Shown piece by piece: positions 46,849-60,698 of a stretch of DNA of 64,000 bases; the stretch's first letter is position 1, and every line of letters begins with the position of its first letter. The notes under the pieces are model-generated. The model was given only the letters and a program-made list of their open reading frames with translations, did not search any database and was not told the origin of the DNA. Source of the DNA: Gammaproteobacteria bacterium (lineage in GTDB: Bacteria; Pseudomonadota; Gammaproteobacteria; Pseudomonadales; Oceanobacteraceae); assembly GCA_013373125.1 (NCBI GenBank), contig JABXIK010000075.1, positions 11,845-75,844 of the forward strand, given 5' to 3'. The translations under genes and the position numbers were made by a program.

Positions 46849-47988
46849 TTAATTGGCCTCACTTGTTTGTGCATTGTCCGCGGTGGCTTGTTTGGCGATG
46901 CCTTCGGGTGCAATAGGCGTTTTGAAAACGGGATTTACTTTCTCGCCAGCACTGACAAAACTTTGCCCTACAACGATTAAATCCGCTGGATTGGGTAAAC
47001 CTGAAACCCAAACCCCTTGTGCTTCCGCTTTAACCAATTGTACTGGAGCAAACTCAACCTCTTGATTGTTGTTGACCAGTTTCGCACCTAATAGGCCGTT
47101 TTCATTTAAAGATAAAAGGGCAGGTGAAATAAATACACCATCGGTTGCATCTAATGGAATCGATATGTTGGCAGTCACGCCATCTGCTTGGCGTTCACTT
47201 GGGTTAGGGATTTCCAGTTCCACCGCGAAGGTGCGGGATGCTTTATTGGCTGTGCTGGAAACGTAGCGAATACGGCCTTCCATTGTTTTGCCATCAAGAG
47301 TTTTACCAAAGGCTTTTATCCCTGGTTTGATTAGGTGTAAATCTTTTTCGGCGGCAAAACTTTTAATGATGAATGGATTAAAATCCATGACTTCAATGAT
47401 GGGGTCGCCACTTCTTAAATAACTACCAACCTCCACTTGGCGGTTTTCTAAAATACCACTAAAAGGCGCGCGAATTTTTGTAGCGGCCAATTCAATAGTA
47501 AGTAGCTCAAGTTGAGCTTTAGCCGCTTCTAATTCGGCTTCGCTGGCGGCCAAGCGCGTTTCATTTTGCAGACCTTTACCAATCAGTGATTTGTTCGCTT
47601 TGTGTTCCAGGGTTTTTTGTTTTACCACTGCCTTTGCTTGATTTAACTGTTGGACTTTACCTTTTGGGTCGATTTCAAGAATGAGTTGGCCTTTTTTTAC
47701 GAAGTCACCTTCACGATGGTGAATGGCGGTTACTTTTCCAGCGACTTCGCTGCTGATCAAAACATGACTAGAAGGCGCGGTTTCGCCATGAATGATGAGT
47801 TCTGGGGTGATGGATTTTGCGTGGAAGCGTTCTACTTGCACGCTGAACAAGGTGTCGGATTCATTTTTAACGGGGGCTTCAATAGCCACCTTGTCATCAG
47901 AAGAAAAAATACCGCTTAGCATCCATAACGAGATAAAGGCAAAGGAGCCAATGGCAATGGCGGGACCTTTTTGTAGCTTCATGTACAT
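46849..47988 (-). CDS. RND efflux periplasmic adaptor (membrane fusion protein)
   Basis: N-terminal anchor, lipoyl-like halves (IRAPFSG), adjacent to the permease. Confidence 0.93.
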   Translation of the reverse strand: MYMKLQKGPAIAIGSFAFISLWMLSGIFSSDDKVAIEAPVKNESDTLFSVQVERFHAKSITPELIIHGETAPSSHVLISSEVAGKVTAIHHREGDFVKKGQLILEIDPKGKVQQLNQAKAVVKQKTLEHKANKSLIGKGLQNETRLAASEAELEAAKAQLELLTIELAATKIRAPFSGILENRQVEVGSYLRSGDPIIEVMDFNPFIIKSFAAEKDLHLIKPGIKAFGKTLDGKTMEGRIRYVSSTANKASRTFAVELEIPNPSERQADGVTANISIPLDATDGVFISPALLSLNENGLLGAKLVNNNQEVEFAPVQLVKAEAQGVWVSGLPNPADLIVVGQSFVSAGEKVNPVFKTPIAPEGIAKQATADNAQTSEAN

Positions 47989-48179
47989 TTGTCCTAAATG
48001 TGTGAGAGATATGATTATTTTAATGGCGGAACAGAATATAGGACATTCTCAGACCGCGGAAATATAAAAGTGTTCTGAAATAGGAACAATACTCTAATTT
48101 GGCCGAATTGCACCCTCGTTCCCGCTAGGTTTGTTTTGCCGTACAATGCCGCGTTTTAAAGGTTGTTGGATTGACATAT

Positions 48180-50099
48180 ATGGCAGTCGTTATTCTGGAT
48201 AACGTGGGATTGCATTACGGCGAGCAGGTTTTGCTTGATGGCGTAAATTTGACCATCAATGAGCGTGACCGCTTGTGCTTGGTAGGACGTAATGGCGCGG
48301 GTAAGTCTTCATTGATGCGCTTACTGCTGGGCCAAAACTTGCCTGACTCTGGTGTGGTGCGTGTGGCAGATGGTTGTACCCTTGCGGAACTGCCTCAGAG
48401 CTTACCGGCTGCGGATGAGCGTAATGTAATGGACGTGGTGCTGAGCGGCAAAGCCGAACTCGGCCAGGTGCTGCATGATTATCATGAGCTGAGTATGACG
48501 GCCAGTACCGATGCGGATATGAAGCGACTAGAGCAGCTTCAGGCTCAAATCGAAGCGCAAGATGGCTGGATGCTGCAACAGAAAGTCGATGCCATAGTTG
48601 AAAAACTGAACCTGCCAAAAGAAAAGACCATGGCAGAATTGTCCGGTGGGTGGCGACGTCGTGTCATGTTAGGACGAGCACTCTTAAGTGAGCCGGATTT
48701 ATTATTATTGGATGAACCAACTAACCATTTAGATATTCCGGCTATTGAGTGGCTGGAAGAGCAGTTGGCGGATTTTCCGGGTGCGGTTTTGTTTGTAACC
48801 CACGATCGTGCCTTCATGGAGAAAGTTGCTAAACAAGTGTTGGATTTGGATCGTGGCAGTATTTATCGCTATGACGGCTGTGACTATGAAGGCTTGGTAG
48901 ATTGGCGCGAAAAACGCTTGGAAGATGAAGAAAAAGAAAATGCCCTGTTTGATAAGCGTTTAGCGGAAGAAGAAAAATGGATTCGTCAGGGCATTAAAGC
49001 GCGTCGTACTCGTAACGAAGGCCGTGTACGTGCGTTAAAGGCTATGCGTAATGAGCGTAGTGCGCGTGTGGATCGTCAAGGGAAAGCAGACTTCAGCATG
49101 GATGTGTCGGATAAGTCCGGCAAGATCGTAATTGATGCGCGTAATGTGAGTTATGGCTATGAAGGTAAAACATTAATCAACGATTTTACCAGCTTGATTC
49201 AACGAGGCGATCGAATTGGCCTTTTGGGCGTGAATGGTTGTGGTAAGAGTACATTATTACGTCTGTTACTAGATCAGCTGCAACCTCAGTCAGGGACAAT
49301 TAAGCAGGGTACAAAACTTGAGATTGCCTATTTTGATCAGCTACGTGCCGAATTGGATTTAGAAAAGAATGTGGTCGATAACCTAGCAGAAGGGCGTGAG
49401 TTTATTGATACCGCAGGTGGTTCACGACATATCTTAAGTTATTTAAGCGATTTCTTGTTTACTCCTCAACGTGCTCGCACACCGGTAAAAGCATTATCGG
49501 GTGGTGAAACCAGCCGCGTAATGTTAGCCAAACTGTTTAGTAAGCCTTCCAATATGCTGGTTTTGGACGAGCCCACGAACGACTTAGATGTTGAAACCCT
49601 AGAAATGCTGGAAAACCGTTTAATGGATTATCCCGGTACGCTTTTAGTTGTGAGCCATGACCGTTCATTTTTAGATAATGTGGTGACATCACTTTATGCC
49701 TTTGATGGTGATGGTGAAATCTCTGAGCATGTGGGAGGGTATAGTGAATGGTATGCCCGTGGACATAGATTAAAAGATGAAGATGTTTCTGTTCGCCAGC
49801 AAGCCAAGCAAGCGGCTCAAGCTAAAAAGGAAGTAGCACAAGAAACCGTTAAACCTAAGCCTGCCAAAAAGCTAAGTTATAAATTGCAGTTAGAACTGGA
49901 TGGTTTGCCAGAAATTATCGAAGGTTTGGAAGCCGCTGTAGAAGCATTATCAGCCGAAACTTCGGGTGCTGACTTTTATGTAAAAGACACGGACTACGTG
50001 ACGCAAACATTGGCTAAATTAGAACAGACCCAAGCTCAGTTAGATGAAAAAGTTGAGCGTTGGATGGAACTAGAAGCCATGAAAGAAGGGGATGCTTAA
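48180..50099 (+). CDS. uup: ABC-F family ATPase Uup
   Basis: Two ABC domains (GRNGAGKS, GVNGCGKS), QGIKARRTRNEGRVRAL linker, C-terminal KLSYKLQLEL coiled coil. Confidence 0.96.
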   Translation: MAVVILDNVGLHYGEQVLLDGVNLTINERDRLCLVGRNGAGKSSLMRLLLGQNLPDSGVVRVADGCTLAELPQSLPAADERNVMDVVLSGKAELGQVLHDYHELSMTASTDADMKRLEQLQAQIEAQDGWMLQQKVDAIVEKLNLPKEKTMAELSGGWRRRVMLGRALLSEPDLLLLDEPTNHLDIPAIEWLEEQLADFPGAVLFVTHDRAFMEKVAKQVLDLDRGSIYRYDGCDYEGLVDWREKRLEDEEKENALFDKRLAEEEKWIRQGIKARRTRNEGRVRALKAMRNERSARVDRQGKADFSMDVSDKSGKIVIDARNVSYGYEGKTLINDFTSLIQRGDRIGLLGVNGCGKSTLLRLLLDQLQPQSGTIKQGTKLEIAYFDQLRAELDLEKNVVDNLAEGREFIDTAGGSRHILSYLSDFLFTPQRARTPVKALSGGETSRVMLAKLFSKPSNMLVLDEPTNDLDVETLEMLENRLMDYPGTLLVVSHDRSFLDNVVTSLYAFDGDGEISEHVGGYSEWYARGHRLKDEDVSVRQQAKQAAQAKKEVAQETVKPKPAKKLSYKLQLELDGLPEIIEGLEAAVEALSAETSGADFYVKDTDYVTQTLAKLEQTQAQLDEKVERWMELEAMKEGDA

Positions 50100-50588
50100 A
50101 TGGGAATCTGGTTCGCAATTATATTGGTGACTTTAGTGGTTGTGGGTAGTGTGGTTTGGATACGTCCAAGCCCGCGTGATCAGAAGCTTGCAAAGTGGCG
50201 TCGGGACGCCATTGTTGCTGGTATGAAGGTGCGTATGCAGACGCTCAAGGCAGAGCCTAAAAACAGCGGTATTAGAGACGATGTCAGTGGCGTGACGTAT
50301 GAGTGGTTTAATCCTCAATCAGATAAAAAAGACACATCATCTTGGGCGGTTGTTAAAACACAAGGATGGTTGACGGATCATTTGCCGGAAGGTTGGAGTT
50401 GGTACAATGAGATACCCGCTAATGTGGAAGCGCAAAAGATCAATGAAATTATTAATGCCGCGCCATATGCCTTGAATGCTTTGGAGAGAACCCCAATTTC
50501 AAGCCGAATAATTTGGGATGAAAATGGGGCAGAATTTGATGCTCAGGTTTTAAAAGCTTACTTGCAACAACTGCAGGCTATTTCTTAG
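50100..50588 (+). CDS. Hypothetical membrane-anchored protein
   Basis: N-terminal TM followed by WIRPSPRD; coupled to uup. Confidence 0.8.
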   Translation: MGIWFAIILVTLVVVGSVVWIRPSPRDQKLAKWRRDAIVAGMKVRMQTLKAEPKNSGIRDDVSGVTYEWFNPQSDKKDTSSWAVVKTQGWLTDHLPEGWSWYNEIPANVEAQKINEIINAAPYALNALERTPISSRIIWDENGAEFDAQVLKAYLQQLQAIS

Positions 50589-51411
50589 CTTGTAGTTGTT
50601 GGCTGTAAAACTCTTCAATTGTTTCTAGGTCGCTGGTAATGCGATCGCCATAGCTACTTACAATGAATGGCACAGCATTTTCGTTGTAATTAGCAATGGA
50701 TTTGGCAATGAATTCCCATTTCACTTCTACTTGGTCCACTAGTTTAAAGATTCGACGTTCGCTGGTGCCTTCTGTTTTTAATTTTTGTAGTAGCGCAGAG
50801 AATTTTTTGCCTTGGTTGTCCATGCCGCCTTCATTGATGGTGATGACGTTTACTTGGCCAAGGCTTGAGGTGCTACGAGCCGCATATTCTGCCGTTACGG
50901 TTTGAATGATGATGCCCATATCCCGAGTATATTGAGTGAATTGAGATAATTTAATGCCGCTTTCACTGATTAAAGCATCGTAAACGGCACCAAGGCTATT
51001 GCTTAATGCAACGGCTTCATCACTCAGTTCTGAAACTAGGCGGGCATTTGCATAGCCTTGTGTTAAGAAATCAGCACGGTTAGTTTCAAGTAATCTTTTA
51101 TAGCTTTGCCACTTACTGATAGCAGTAGCAAGAGTAGATAGTTTGGCAGAAGGGGCGCCGCTATCTGTAATTTGAGTTAGGCGGTGTTCAAATTGCTTAA
51201 CATTGGACTCGATTTCTCGGTTGTAACGGGAATCACCTTCTAGACCACTAAACATGTAGTAATCACTGAGGATGGCGTAGGCCAATGTGCGCATTTCATA
51301 AATGCGTTTTAAGGTCTCTGGGGTGTTTGCATCAGCGGTGGCTGGATTGGCAGCTAACAAGAAGCTTAAAGCAATCGTACTGCACGCCAATTTCAGGGCT
51401 TTTTTTATCAT
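50578..51411 (-). CDS. Secreted helical protein, possibly a duplicated PilJ/NarX-like sensor domain
   Basis: Signal peptide; two similar helical halves; family assignment is a guess. Confidence 0.6.
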   Translation of the reverse strand: MIKKALKLACSTIALSFLLAANPATADANTPETLKRIYEMRTLAYAILSDYYMFSGLEGDSRYNREIESNVKQFEHRLTQITDSGAPSAKLSTLATAISKWQSYKRLLETNRADFLTQGYANARLVSELSDEAVALSNSLGAVYDALISESGIKLSQFTQYTRDMGIIIQTVTAEYAARSTSSLGQVNVITINEGGMDNQGKKFSALLQKLKTEGTSERRIFKLVDQVEVKWEFIAKSIANYNENAVPFIVSSYGDRITSDLETIEEFYSQQLQAKK

Positions 51412-51738
51412 TTTGTATCCTGAGGGCATCTTTTTTTATTTTTGTGACAGTTTGCTTAATTTTAGCCATAAGTCAAAGGGGAGTTCGGCCTTATATTGCT
51501 TTTGTTTATAAATAATGGTCTGTAATTCCATTTATCTGCCATTTCGCCCCTAAAATCTATGGGATTAGCACGATAATCTCAGCATTTTTACCTACTATCG
51601 TCTATGGTCATATATGCCAATACACACCCATACGGCAATTTGCTTTGGGTGAAAATTATACGATTTCAAAGGGATTTTCAGTAAAAAATACGGAAATGGT
51701 TGACTTTTATGGCCAGATTTACGAAGGTTCCGCTACCA

Positions 51739-51760
51739 AATTCAAACGGGCGTATGAATT
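51739..51760. promoter_or_regulatory. Putative PsrA (TetR family) operator upstream of fadBA
   Basis: Palindrome AATTCAAACG-GG-CGTATGAATT resembles the PsrA CAAAC-N4-GTTTG site known at fadBA in Pseudomonas-like bacteria. Confidence 0.7.
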
Positions 51761-51902
51761 AGGTTAGTTGGGTGTTTTTTAACCAAATGCCCGTAACGTA
51801 GCAGATTTGTTATTTAAGGCACTTGCCAAGCCTCAGGTTTGCCAAGTTCTTTTTCAAACAAGGCTGTGTTCACTCAGCTAAATATAGCGTGGAGATGTGT
51901 TG

Positions 51903-55255
<3,353 letters not shown>

Positions 55256-55299
55256 GTTTTCTTAAAGACGTATAGAGAAGTTAGCTTCTCTATTTGAAG

Positions 55300-55330
55300 A
55301 AAAGGCTGAGTGACGACTCAGCCTTTTTTT
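55300..55330 (+). terminator. Intrinsic terminator after fadA, preceded by a second 9-bp hairpin at 55272-55293
   Basis: AAAAGGCTGAGT-GACG-ACTCAGCCTTTTTTT. Confidence 0.9.
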
Positions 55331-55352
55331 ATGAGTATAAGAGATTGGTTTT

Positions 55353-55565
55353 ATGATTGAGCATGGGATTTATCAGCATTATAAAGGTCCTTTGTACAAG
55401 GTTATCGGTTGTGCCCAGCACAGTGAAACGGAAGAATGGTTAGTTTATTATCAGGCTTTGTATGGAGAGTATGGCTACTGGGTGAGGCCATTGGATATGT
55501 TCAAGCAGGTTGTGGATGTTGAGGGTAGGGAAGTTCCTCGTTTCAAATTGATTAAGAAAGATTAA
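55353..55565 (+). CDS. DUF1653 domain protein
   Basis: GIYQHYKG, HSETEE, YQALYG, WVRPLDMF and PRF motifs. Confidence 0.93.
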   Translation: MIEHGIYQHYKGPLYKVIGCAQHSETEEWLVYYQALYGEYGYWVRPLDMFKQVVDVEGREVPRFKLIKKD

Positions 55566-56347
55566 TCTTTTCGTGCTTTGCCTGCCATAACATTAAGATC
55601 CGCTGGTAAGCCAAATTCGTCCACTGCTTTTTCATCGGCTAGATTTTTATCTAGTTTTTCTTTGATTACATTGCCAAATAAAGTTTGATTTTTTTCGGTG
55701 ATATTGCGGATGTGTTCGTGTTTGCCTTCAAAATTTAAATCCGACTCTATTAATATTTTTTTTGCGTATTTGTAATAATTGGTCGCCACGGCTGGATTTT
55801 TCTTTTCGCCAGCAAGGTCGCCCATTTTTTCAAAGGTTGTAACTTCTAATTGCAAAAGAGTGAACTTTAAATACTCTTGCATACTCATAAATGACTCTTT
55901 GCTAACAATATTTTTGCTGGCACACACTCTGAGAATTTTACTGGCTTTTTTAAACGCCATTTTACAGCGCTTTATTTCTGCATCGCTGTTTAGCTCGATG
56001 ATACTATCGCTAGGGGTGAATTGAGAGCGAAGTAGTTCGCCCCGAGAAATGAGTTTTTCTGTATCGATTTGTGGCGTCAGTTGTTCTCTTTGGTGGATAT
56101 AGGTTAAGTAGTATTGAATCAGTGCGTCAATGATGTCACCGTTATTGATGTAATCACAAATAGTAGTAGTGGTCTCTAGAATGTCATTGGCTCGATCTAA
56201 GAGTCGCTTAGACCTTTGTGCTAGAACGCGCCGTTCCTCTTCGCGTTGGGCGGCACGATGGGCGATAACGATAGCCGTTATGGCCACAATAAGAATGATA
56301 GATATCGCTAAATATGCCATAAAGTTTGCATAATCCATTTTTAACAA
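55562..56347 (-). CDS. Hypothetical membrane-anchored helical protein next to topA
   Basis: N-terminal TM; 261 aa; divergent from topA. Confidence 0.8.
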   Translation of the reverse strand: MLKMDYANFMAYLAISIILIVAITAIVIAHRAAQREEERRVLAQRSKRLLDRANDILETTTTICDYINNGDIIDALIQYYLTYIHQREQLTPQIDTEKLISRGELLRSQFTPSDSIIELNSDAEIKRCKMAFKKASKILRVCASKNIVSKESFMSMQEYLKFTLLQLEVTTFEKMGDLAGEKKNPAVATNYYKYAKKILIESDLNFEGKHEHIRNITEKNQTLFGNVIKEKLDKNLADEKAVDEFGLPADLNVMAGKARKD

Positions 56348-56516
56348 CTAGAACCTTGTTTAAGTGTAGCAGCTGTATTGAGCATGAATGCGTACAAAAA
56401 ATAAGCATTTTACGTCTTGCTTGGCACTTTATAGGGTTTTTACTTGACCGATGAAAACCTGAGCCTTATATATGGGCCAGCCAAATTTAGGACGTACCTA
56501 GGGAATAGCAAGGTAT

Positions 56517-59228
56517 ATGGGAAAATCGCTCGTAATTGTCGAATCACCGGCAAAAGCCAAAACAATTAATAAATATCTCGGCAATGACTATATTGTGAAG
56601 TCCTCTGTGGGCCATGTTCGGGATTTGCCTACAGGTGCGAATAAGCAACCTGTGGATGCGAAAGAACGTGCTCGCCAAGCAGCGATTACTCGAAAGCTTT
56701 CGCCTGAAGAAAAAATCATACATAAAAAGAAGAAAGACAAAATTAACCTCATTAACAAAATGGGTGTCGATCCTGAGCATGATTGGAAGGCTCAGTATGA
56801 AATTTTGCCTGGCAAAGAAAAGGTTGTGGCTGAGCTGCAAAAATTGGCGAAAAATGCCGATACCATCTATCTCGCAACGGATTTGGATAGAGAAGGGGAG
56901 GCAATTGCTTGGCATTTGAAAGAAGTGATTGGAGATACCGGCGCGAAATATAAGCGTGTGGTTTTCAATGAGATTACCAAGACTGCCATTACTCAAGCCT
57001 TTGAAAAGCCATCTGAGTTGGATTTGAACCGAGTAAATGCACAACAAGCCCGTCGCTTTTTGGATCGCGTTGTGGGCTTTATGGTTTCTCCGTTGTTATG
57101 GGCGAAAATTGCCCGTGGTTTATCTGCTGGACGTGTACAGTCAGTGGCCGTGCGCTTGGTTGTTGAGCGTGAAGCAGAAATCAGAGCGTTTGTGCCGGAA
57201 GAATATTGGGAAACGTTTAGTCATCTTAATTCAAAAGAAAACGATGCCATTCGTTTCCAAGTGACAAAAGAAGCGGGCGAAGAGTACAAACCGACTAATG
57301 AGACTTCGGCTATGGCGGCGGTGGCAAAACTTCAAAGCCAGCCTTATGAAATCGTTCAGCGAGAAGATAAGCCTACCAAATCAAAACCAGCCGCACCGTT
57401 TATTACGTCTACGTTGCAGCAAGCGGCGAGTACGCGTTTAGGATTCAGCGTTAAGAAAACCATGATGATGGCCCAGCGACTGTATGAAGCGGGTTATATT
57501 ACATACATGCGTACCGACTCTACCAACCTGAGTAAAGAAGCGGTTGAAGGGGCGCGAGAATACATCGTTTCTAAGTTTGGTGATAAATATTTGCCGGATC
57601 AGCCACGTATATATAGCAGTAAGGACGGCGCACAAGAGGCGCACGAGGCGATTCGTCCTTCTGATGTACGTATGAGTTCAAACTTGTTGAACGCTATGGA
57701 GCCAGACGCTCACAAGCTCTACGATCTAATTCGAAATCGATTCTTAGCTTGTCAGATGGCTGATGCAGAATTCACCAGTAGTACCCTAACCGCTAAATGC
57801 GGTGATTTTGAGCTGAAAGCAAAAGGCCGTGTGATTCGCTTTGATGGTCATATGGCTGCCATGAGTGCGGTATCAAAAGGGGATGATGATAAGGTACTGC
57901 CGGATTTAAAAGCGGGTGATGTTTTAGATCTTGATCATGTTGAGCCAAAACAACACTTTACCAAGCCAACCGCGCGTTACAACGAAGCCAGCTTAGTCCG
58001 TGAATTAGAAAAGCGTGGTATTGGTCGTCCATCAACTTATGCATCTATTATTTCTACCATTCAAGATCGTGGATATGTGCGACTTGAAGGTCGTCGATTC
58101 TATGCAGAAAAAATGGGTGAGATTGTTACGTCTCGTTTAGAAGAGAACTTTAATGATCTGATGGATTATGGTTTTACGGCCAATATGGAAGAGCAATTGG
58201 ATGATATTGCTGAAGGTCGTGAAGAATGGAAAAAGGTGCTGAATAAATTCTATGATGACTTTTCCATTAAGTTAGATAAAGCCAGTAATGATGATGGCAT
58301 GCGTCTTAATTCACCTGTGCCAACAGATATTGAGTGCCCAGAGTGTGGTCGTCATATGATGATTCGTACCGGCTCTACGGGTGTGTTTCTAGGCTGTGAA
58401 GGCTATGCCTTGCCGCCGAAAGAACGTTGCACCAAAACCATGAATCTCACACCAGGCGATGAAGCCATCAGTGCAGATGATGACGAAGAAGCAGAAAGCC
58501 GTCGCTTGCGTGAAAAGCGTCGCTGTAAAATTTGCAGTGCAGCGATGGAGAGTTACCTGTTAGATGAAAAACGCAAATTGCATATCTGTGGTAATAACCC
58601 AGATTGTGCCGGTGTTGAAGTCGAAGCGGGCGAATTTAAAATCAAAGGCTACGAAGGACCAACTCTAGAGTGTGATAAGTGTGGCAGTGAAATGCAGCTT
58701 AAAAACGGTCGTTTTGGTAAGTACTTTGGTTGCATGAATGAAGAATGTAAAAATACTCGTAAGCTGTTGAAGAATGGCCAGCCAGCGCCACCTAAGATGG
58801 ACCCAATTCCGTGTCCTGAATTGCAATGCGAAAAAGTGGATGACACATATGTGTTGCGTGATGGGGCGGCAGGTTTGTTCTTGGCTGCCAGTCAATTTCC
58901 TAAAAACCGTGAAACTCGTGCGCCTAAAGTGTTTGAGCTGATTCCACATAAATCTGAATTGCCTGAGAAGTATCATTACTTGTTAGAGGCACCTCTGAAG
59001 GACAGCGATGGTAATGACGCTACCGTACGCTATAGTCGTAAAACGGCTCAGATTTACGTGGCATCTGATAACGAAGAGGGTAAGGCTACAGGTTGGAGTG
59101 CGTTTTATGAGGATGGTAAATGGGCGGTAACCGAGAAGAAAACCTCGGCGAAAAAAACCTCTGCCAAGAAAACGTCCGCTAAAAAGACCAGTGCAAAAAA
59201 GAAAACCTCGGCTAAAAAAGCCAAGTAA
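56517..59228 (+). CDS. topA: DNA topoisomerase I with Zn ribbons and a Lys-rich repeat tail
   Basis: [33 protein letters not shown] and C4 Zn fingers. Confidence 0.99.
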   Translation: MGKSLVIVESPAKAKTINKYLGNDYIVKSSVGHVRDLPTGANKQPVDAKERARQAAITRKLSPEEKIIHKKKKDKINLINKMGVDPEHDWKAQYEILPGKEKVVAELQKLAKNADTIYLATDLDREGEAIAWHLKEVIGDTGAKYKRVVFNEITKTAITQAFEKPSELDLNRVNAQQARRFLDRVVGFMVSPLLWAKIARGLSAGRVQSVAVRLVVEREAEIRAFVPEEYWETFSHLNSKENDAIRFQVTKEAGEEYKPTNETSAMAAVAKLQSQPYEIVQREDKPTKSKPAAPFITSTLQQAASTRLGFSVKKTMMMAQRLYEAGYITYMRTDSTNLSKEAVEGAREYIVSKFGDKYLPDQPRIYSSKDGAQEAHEAIRPSDVRMSSNLLNAMEPDAHKLYDLIRNRFLACQMADAEFTSSTLTAKCGDFELKAKGRVIRFDGHMAAMSAVSKGDDDKVLPDLKAGDVLDLDHVEPKQHFTKPTARYNEASLVRELEKRGIGRPSTYASIISTIQDRGYVRLEGRRFYAEKMGEIVTSRLEENFNDLMDYGFTANMEEQLDDIAEGREEWKKVLNKFYDDFSIKLDKASNDDGMRLNSPVPTDIECPECGRHMMIRTGSTGVFLGCEGYALPPKERCTKTMNLTPGDEAISADDDEEAESRRLREKRRCKICSAAMESYLLDEKRKLHICGNNPDCAGVEVEAGEFKIKGYEGPTLECDKCGSEMQLKNGRFGKYFGCMNEECKNTRKLLKNGQPAPPKMDPIPCPELQCEKVDDTYVLRDGAAGLFLAASQFPKNRETRAPKVFELIPHKSELPEKYHYLLEAPLKDSDGNDATVRYSRKTAQIYVASDNEEGKATGWSAFYEDGKWAVTEKKTSAKKTSAKKTSAKKTSAKKKTSAKKAK
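59136..59228 (+). repeat. Coding tandem repeat (KKTSA)x5 at the TopA C-terminus
   Basis: [30 protein letters not shown], encoded with varied synonymous codons. Confidence 0.95.
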
Positions 59229-59242
59229 TTATTAAGATCGTG

Positions 59243-59271
59243 AAAAACCCAGCATGATTGCTGGGTTTTTT
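59243..59271 (+). terminator. Intrinsic terminator after topA
   Basis: AAAAACCCAGCA-TGAT-TGCTGGGTTTTTT. Confidence 0.9.
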
Positions 59272-59289
59272 GCTTTTGGAGGCAAAGAA

Positions 59290-59700
59290 ATGAATACCAA
59301 AATTTATAAGCGAGTCTTGTCGTTAGCAGAAAGTTTATTAAAGGCTGCGAATAAACAAGATCAAGTGACGTTTGATGCTTTATATGCAGAATTAGAAAGT
59401 ATTTGTAAAGAGCATGAAGGCCAGGAAAAAGACCACCCAGTGCAATGGGAGACTCTGGGAGACTTCACTGAAGATTATGCCAAGGCAGCAAAGATTTATC
59501 GAAAAGCATTGGCGTTAGCAGATGCCATTGAGTCAGCTGATTTCCAATCTTCAGTCGCACTTTCGTTAGCGAATATGCTGATTGAGTTAGGTGAAAAGCA
59601 AGAGGCGAAATTGGTTTTGCAAAAAGCGAAATTAGATTGTGCAAATATTGAAGATAAAGCCTTAAAAAATGAGATCCACGATTTACTAATGTCCCTATAA
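59290..59700 (+). CDS. TPR-like hypothetical protein
   Basis: WETLGDFTEDYAKAAKIYRKAL TPR-like helix pair; start moved past the terminator. Confidence 0.75.
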   Translation: MNTKIYKRVLSLAESLLKAANKQDQVTFDALYAELESICKEHEGQEKDHPVQWETLGDFTEDYAKAAKIYRKALALADAIESADFQSSVALSLANMLIELGEKQEAKLVLQKAKLDCANIEDKALKNEIHDLLMSL

Positions 59701-59704
59701 TTAT

Positions 59705-60208
59705 ATGCAGTTGGTGGATCGATATTTGGCTGGTTATTCTCCCTCAGTAAGAGATCAGGTTGTTAAGCTGATTGAGAATGAAAAATTAAGCACCTATTTA
59801 AATGCGCGCTATAGCAAGGCCCATATGGTGAAATCGGATGGTGAGTTGCGCGAATATGTTTTGAGTATAAAGAATCAATACATTAAAAAATCAGCGCCGT
59901 TAAGTAAGGTGGTTTTTGATAATAAGATTCATGTTATTAAAAATGCCTTAGGTACACATAGTTATGTGAACCGTGTTCAGGGCAGTAAAATTAAGAGCAA
60001 AAATGAGATTCATATTAGCTCGGTATTTAAACAGGCGCCGGCGGCATTTTTACACATGATTGTGGTGCATGAATTAGCGCATTTAAAGGAGAAGGATCAC
60101 AATAAGGCGTTTTATCAGCTTTGCCAGCATATGTTGCCGGATTATCATCAGCTGGAATTCGATATGCGTTTGTATTTAATCGATCAGGCTATTAATAAAC
60201 AACAATAA
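59705..60208 (+). CDS. YgjP/DUF45-family M48 metallopeptidase-like protein (UTP pyrophosphatase-like)
   Basis: IVVHELAHLKEKDHNKAFYQLC; size and N-terminus resemble YgjP. Confidence 0.88.
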   Translation: MQLVDRYLAGYSPSVRDQVVKLIENEKLSTYLNARYSKAHMVKSDGELREYVLSIKNQYIKKSAPLSKVVFDNKIHVIKNALGTHSYVNRVQGSKIKSKNEIHISSVFKQAPAAFLHMIVVHELAHLKEKDHNKAFYQLCQHMLPDYHQLEFDMRLYLIDQAINKQQ

Positions 60209-60242
60209 AGGTTATGTATTAATAGCCCAAGTGTGAATACAG

Positions 60243-60689
60243 TTAATGATGCTTGGAGGATTGCAGTTGATTGAATTGATCTTTCACTGCATCAGGTATC
60301 TCGCAGCTTTTGGCTTGGTTGTAATCATAATACACTACCAAGCCTTCACCTTTGGCAGCTAGGGTGTCTTGTTGCTCGCTATAGACGCCGTATTCCATCA
60401 CAAAACGCTTTTCTGAAATCTCTTTAATGCGAGCACCGACTAGGATTCGATCTGGGTAACTAACGGGGGCTCGAAACTGACATTGGGTACTGGCGAGAAT
60501 AGGCCCTATGTTGGTCGCCTCCATGTGTTCCATCACTCCAGTGCGTTCAAAGAAAGCCATACGAGCATCCTCGAAATATCGGAAGTACACCGTGTTATTT
60601 ACATGGTTGAATGCGTCCATGTCGCCCCAAATCACATCTTGTTTTACGATGATGTCAAACTCTTGTAAAAACGCTTGTTTGCTCGTCAT
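60243..60689 (-). CDS. Acyl-CoA thioesterase (4HBT/YbgC hotdog fold)
   Basis: WGDMDAFNHVNNTVYFRYFEDAR. Confidence 0.93.
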   Translation of the reverse strand: MTSKQAFLQEFDIIVKQDVIWGDMDAFNHVNNTVYFRYFEDARMAFFERTGVMEHMEATNIGPILASTQCQFRAPVSYPDRILVGARIKEISEKRFVMEYGVYSEQQDTLAAKGEGLVVYYDYNQAKSCEIPDAVKDQFNQLQSSKHH

Positions 60690-60698
60690 GATAAATCC

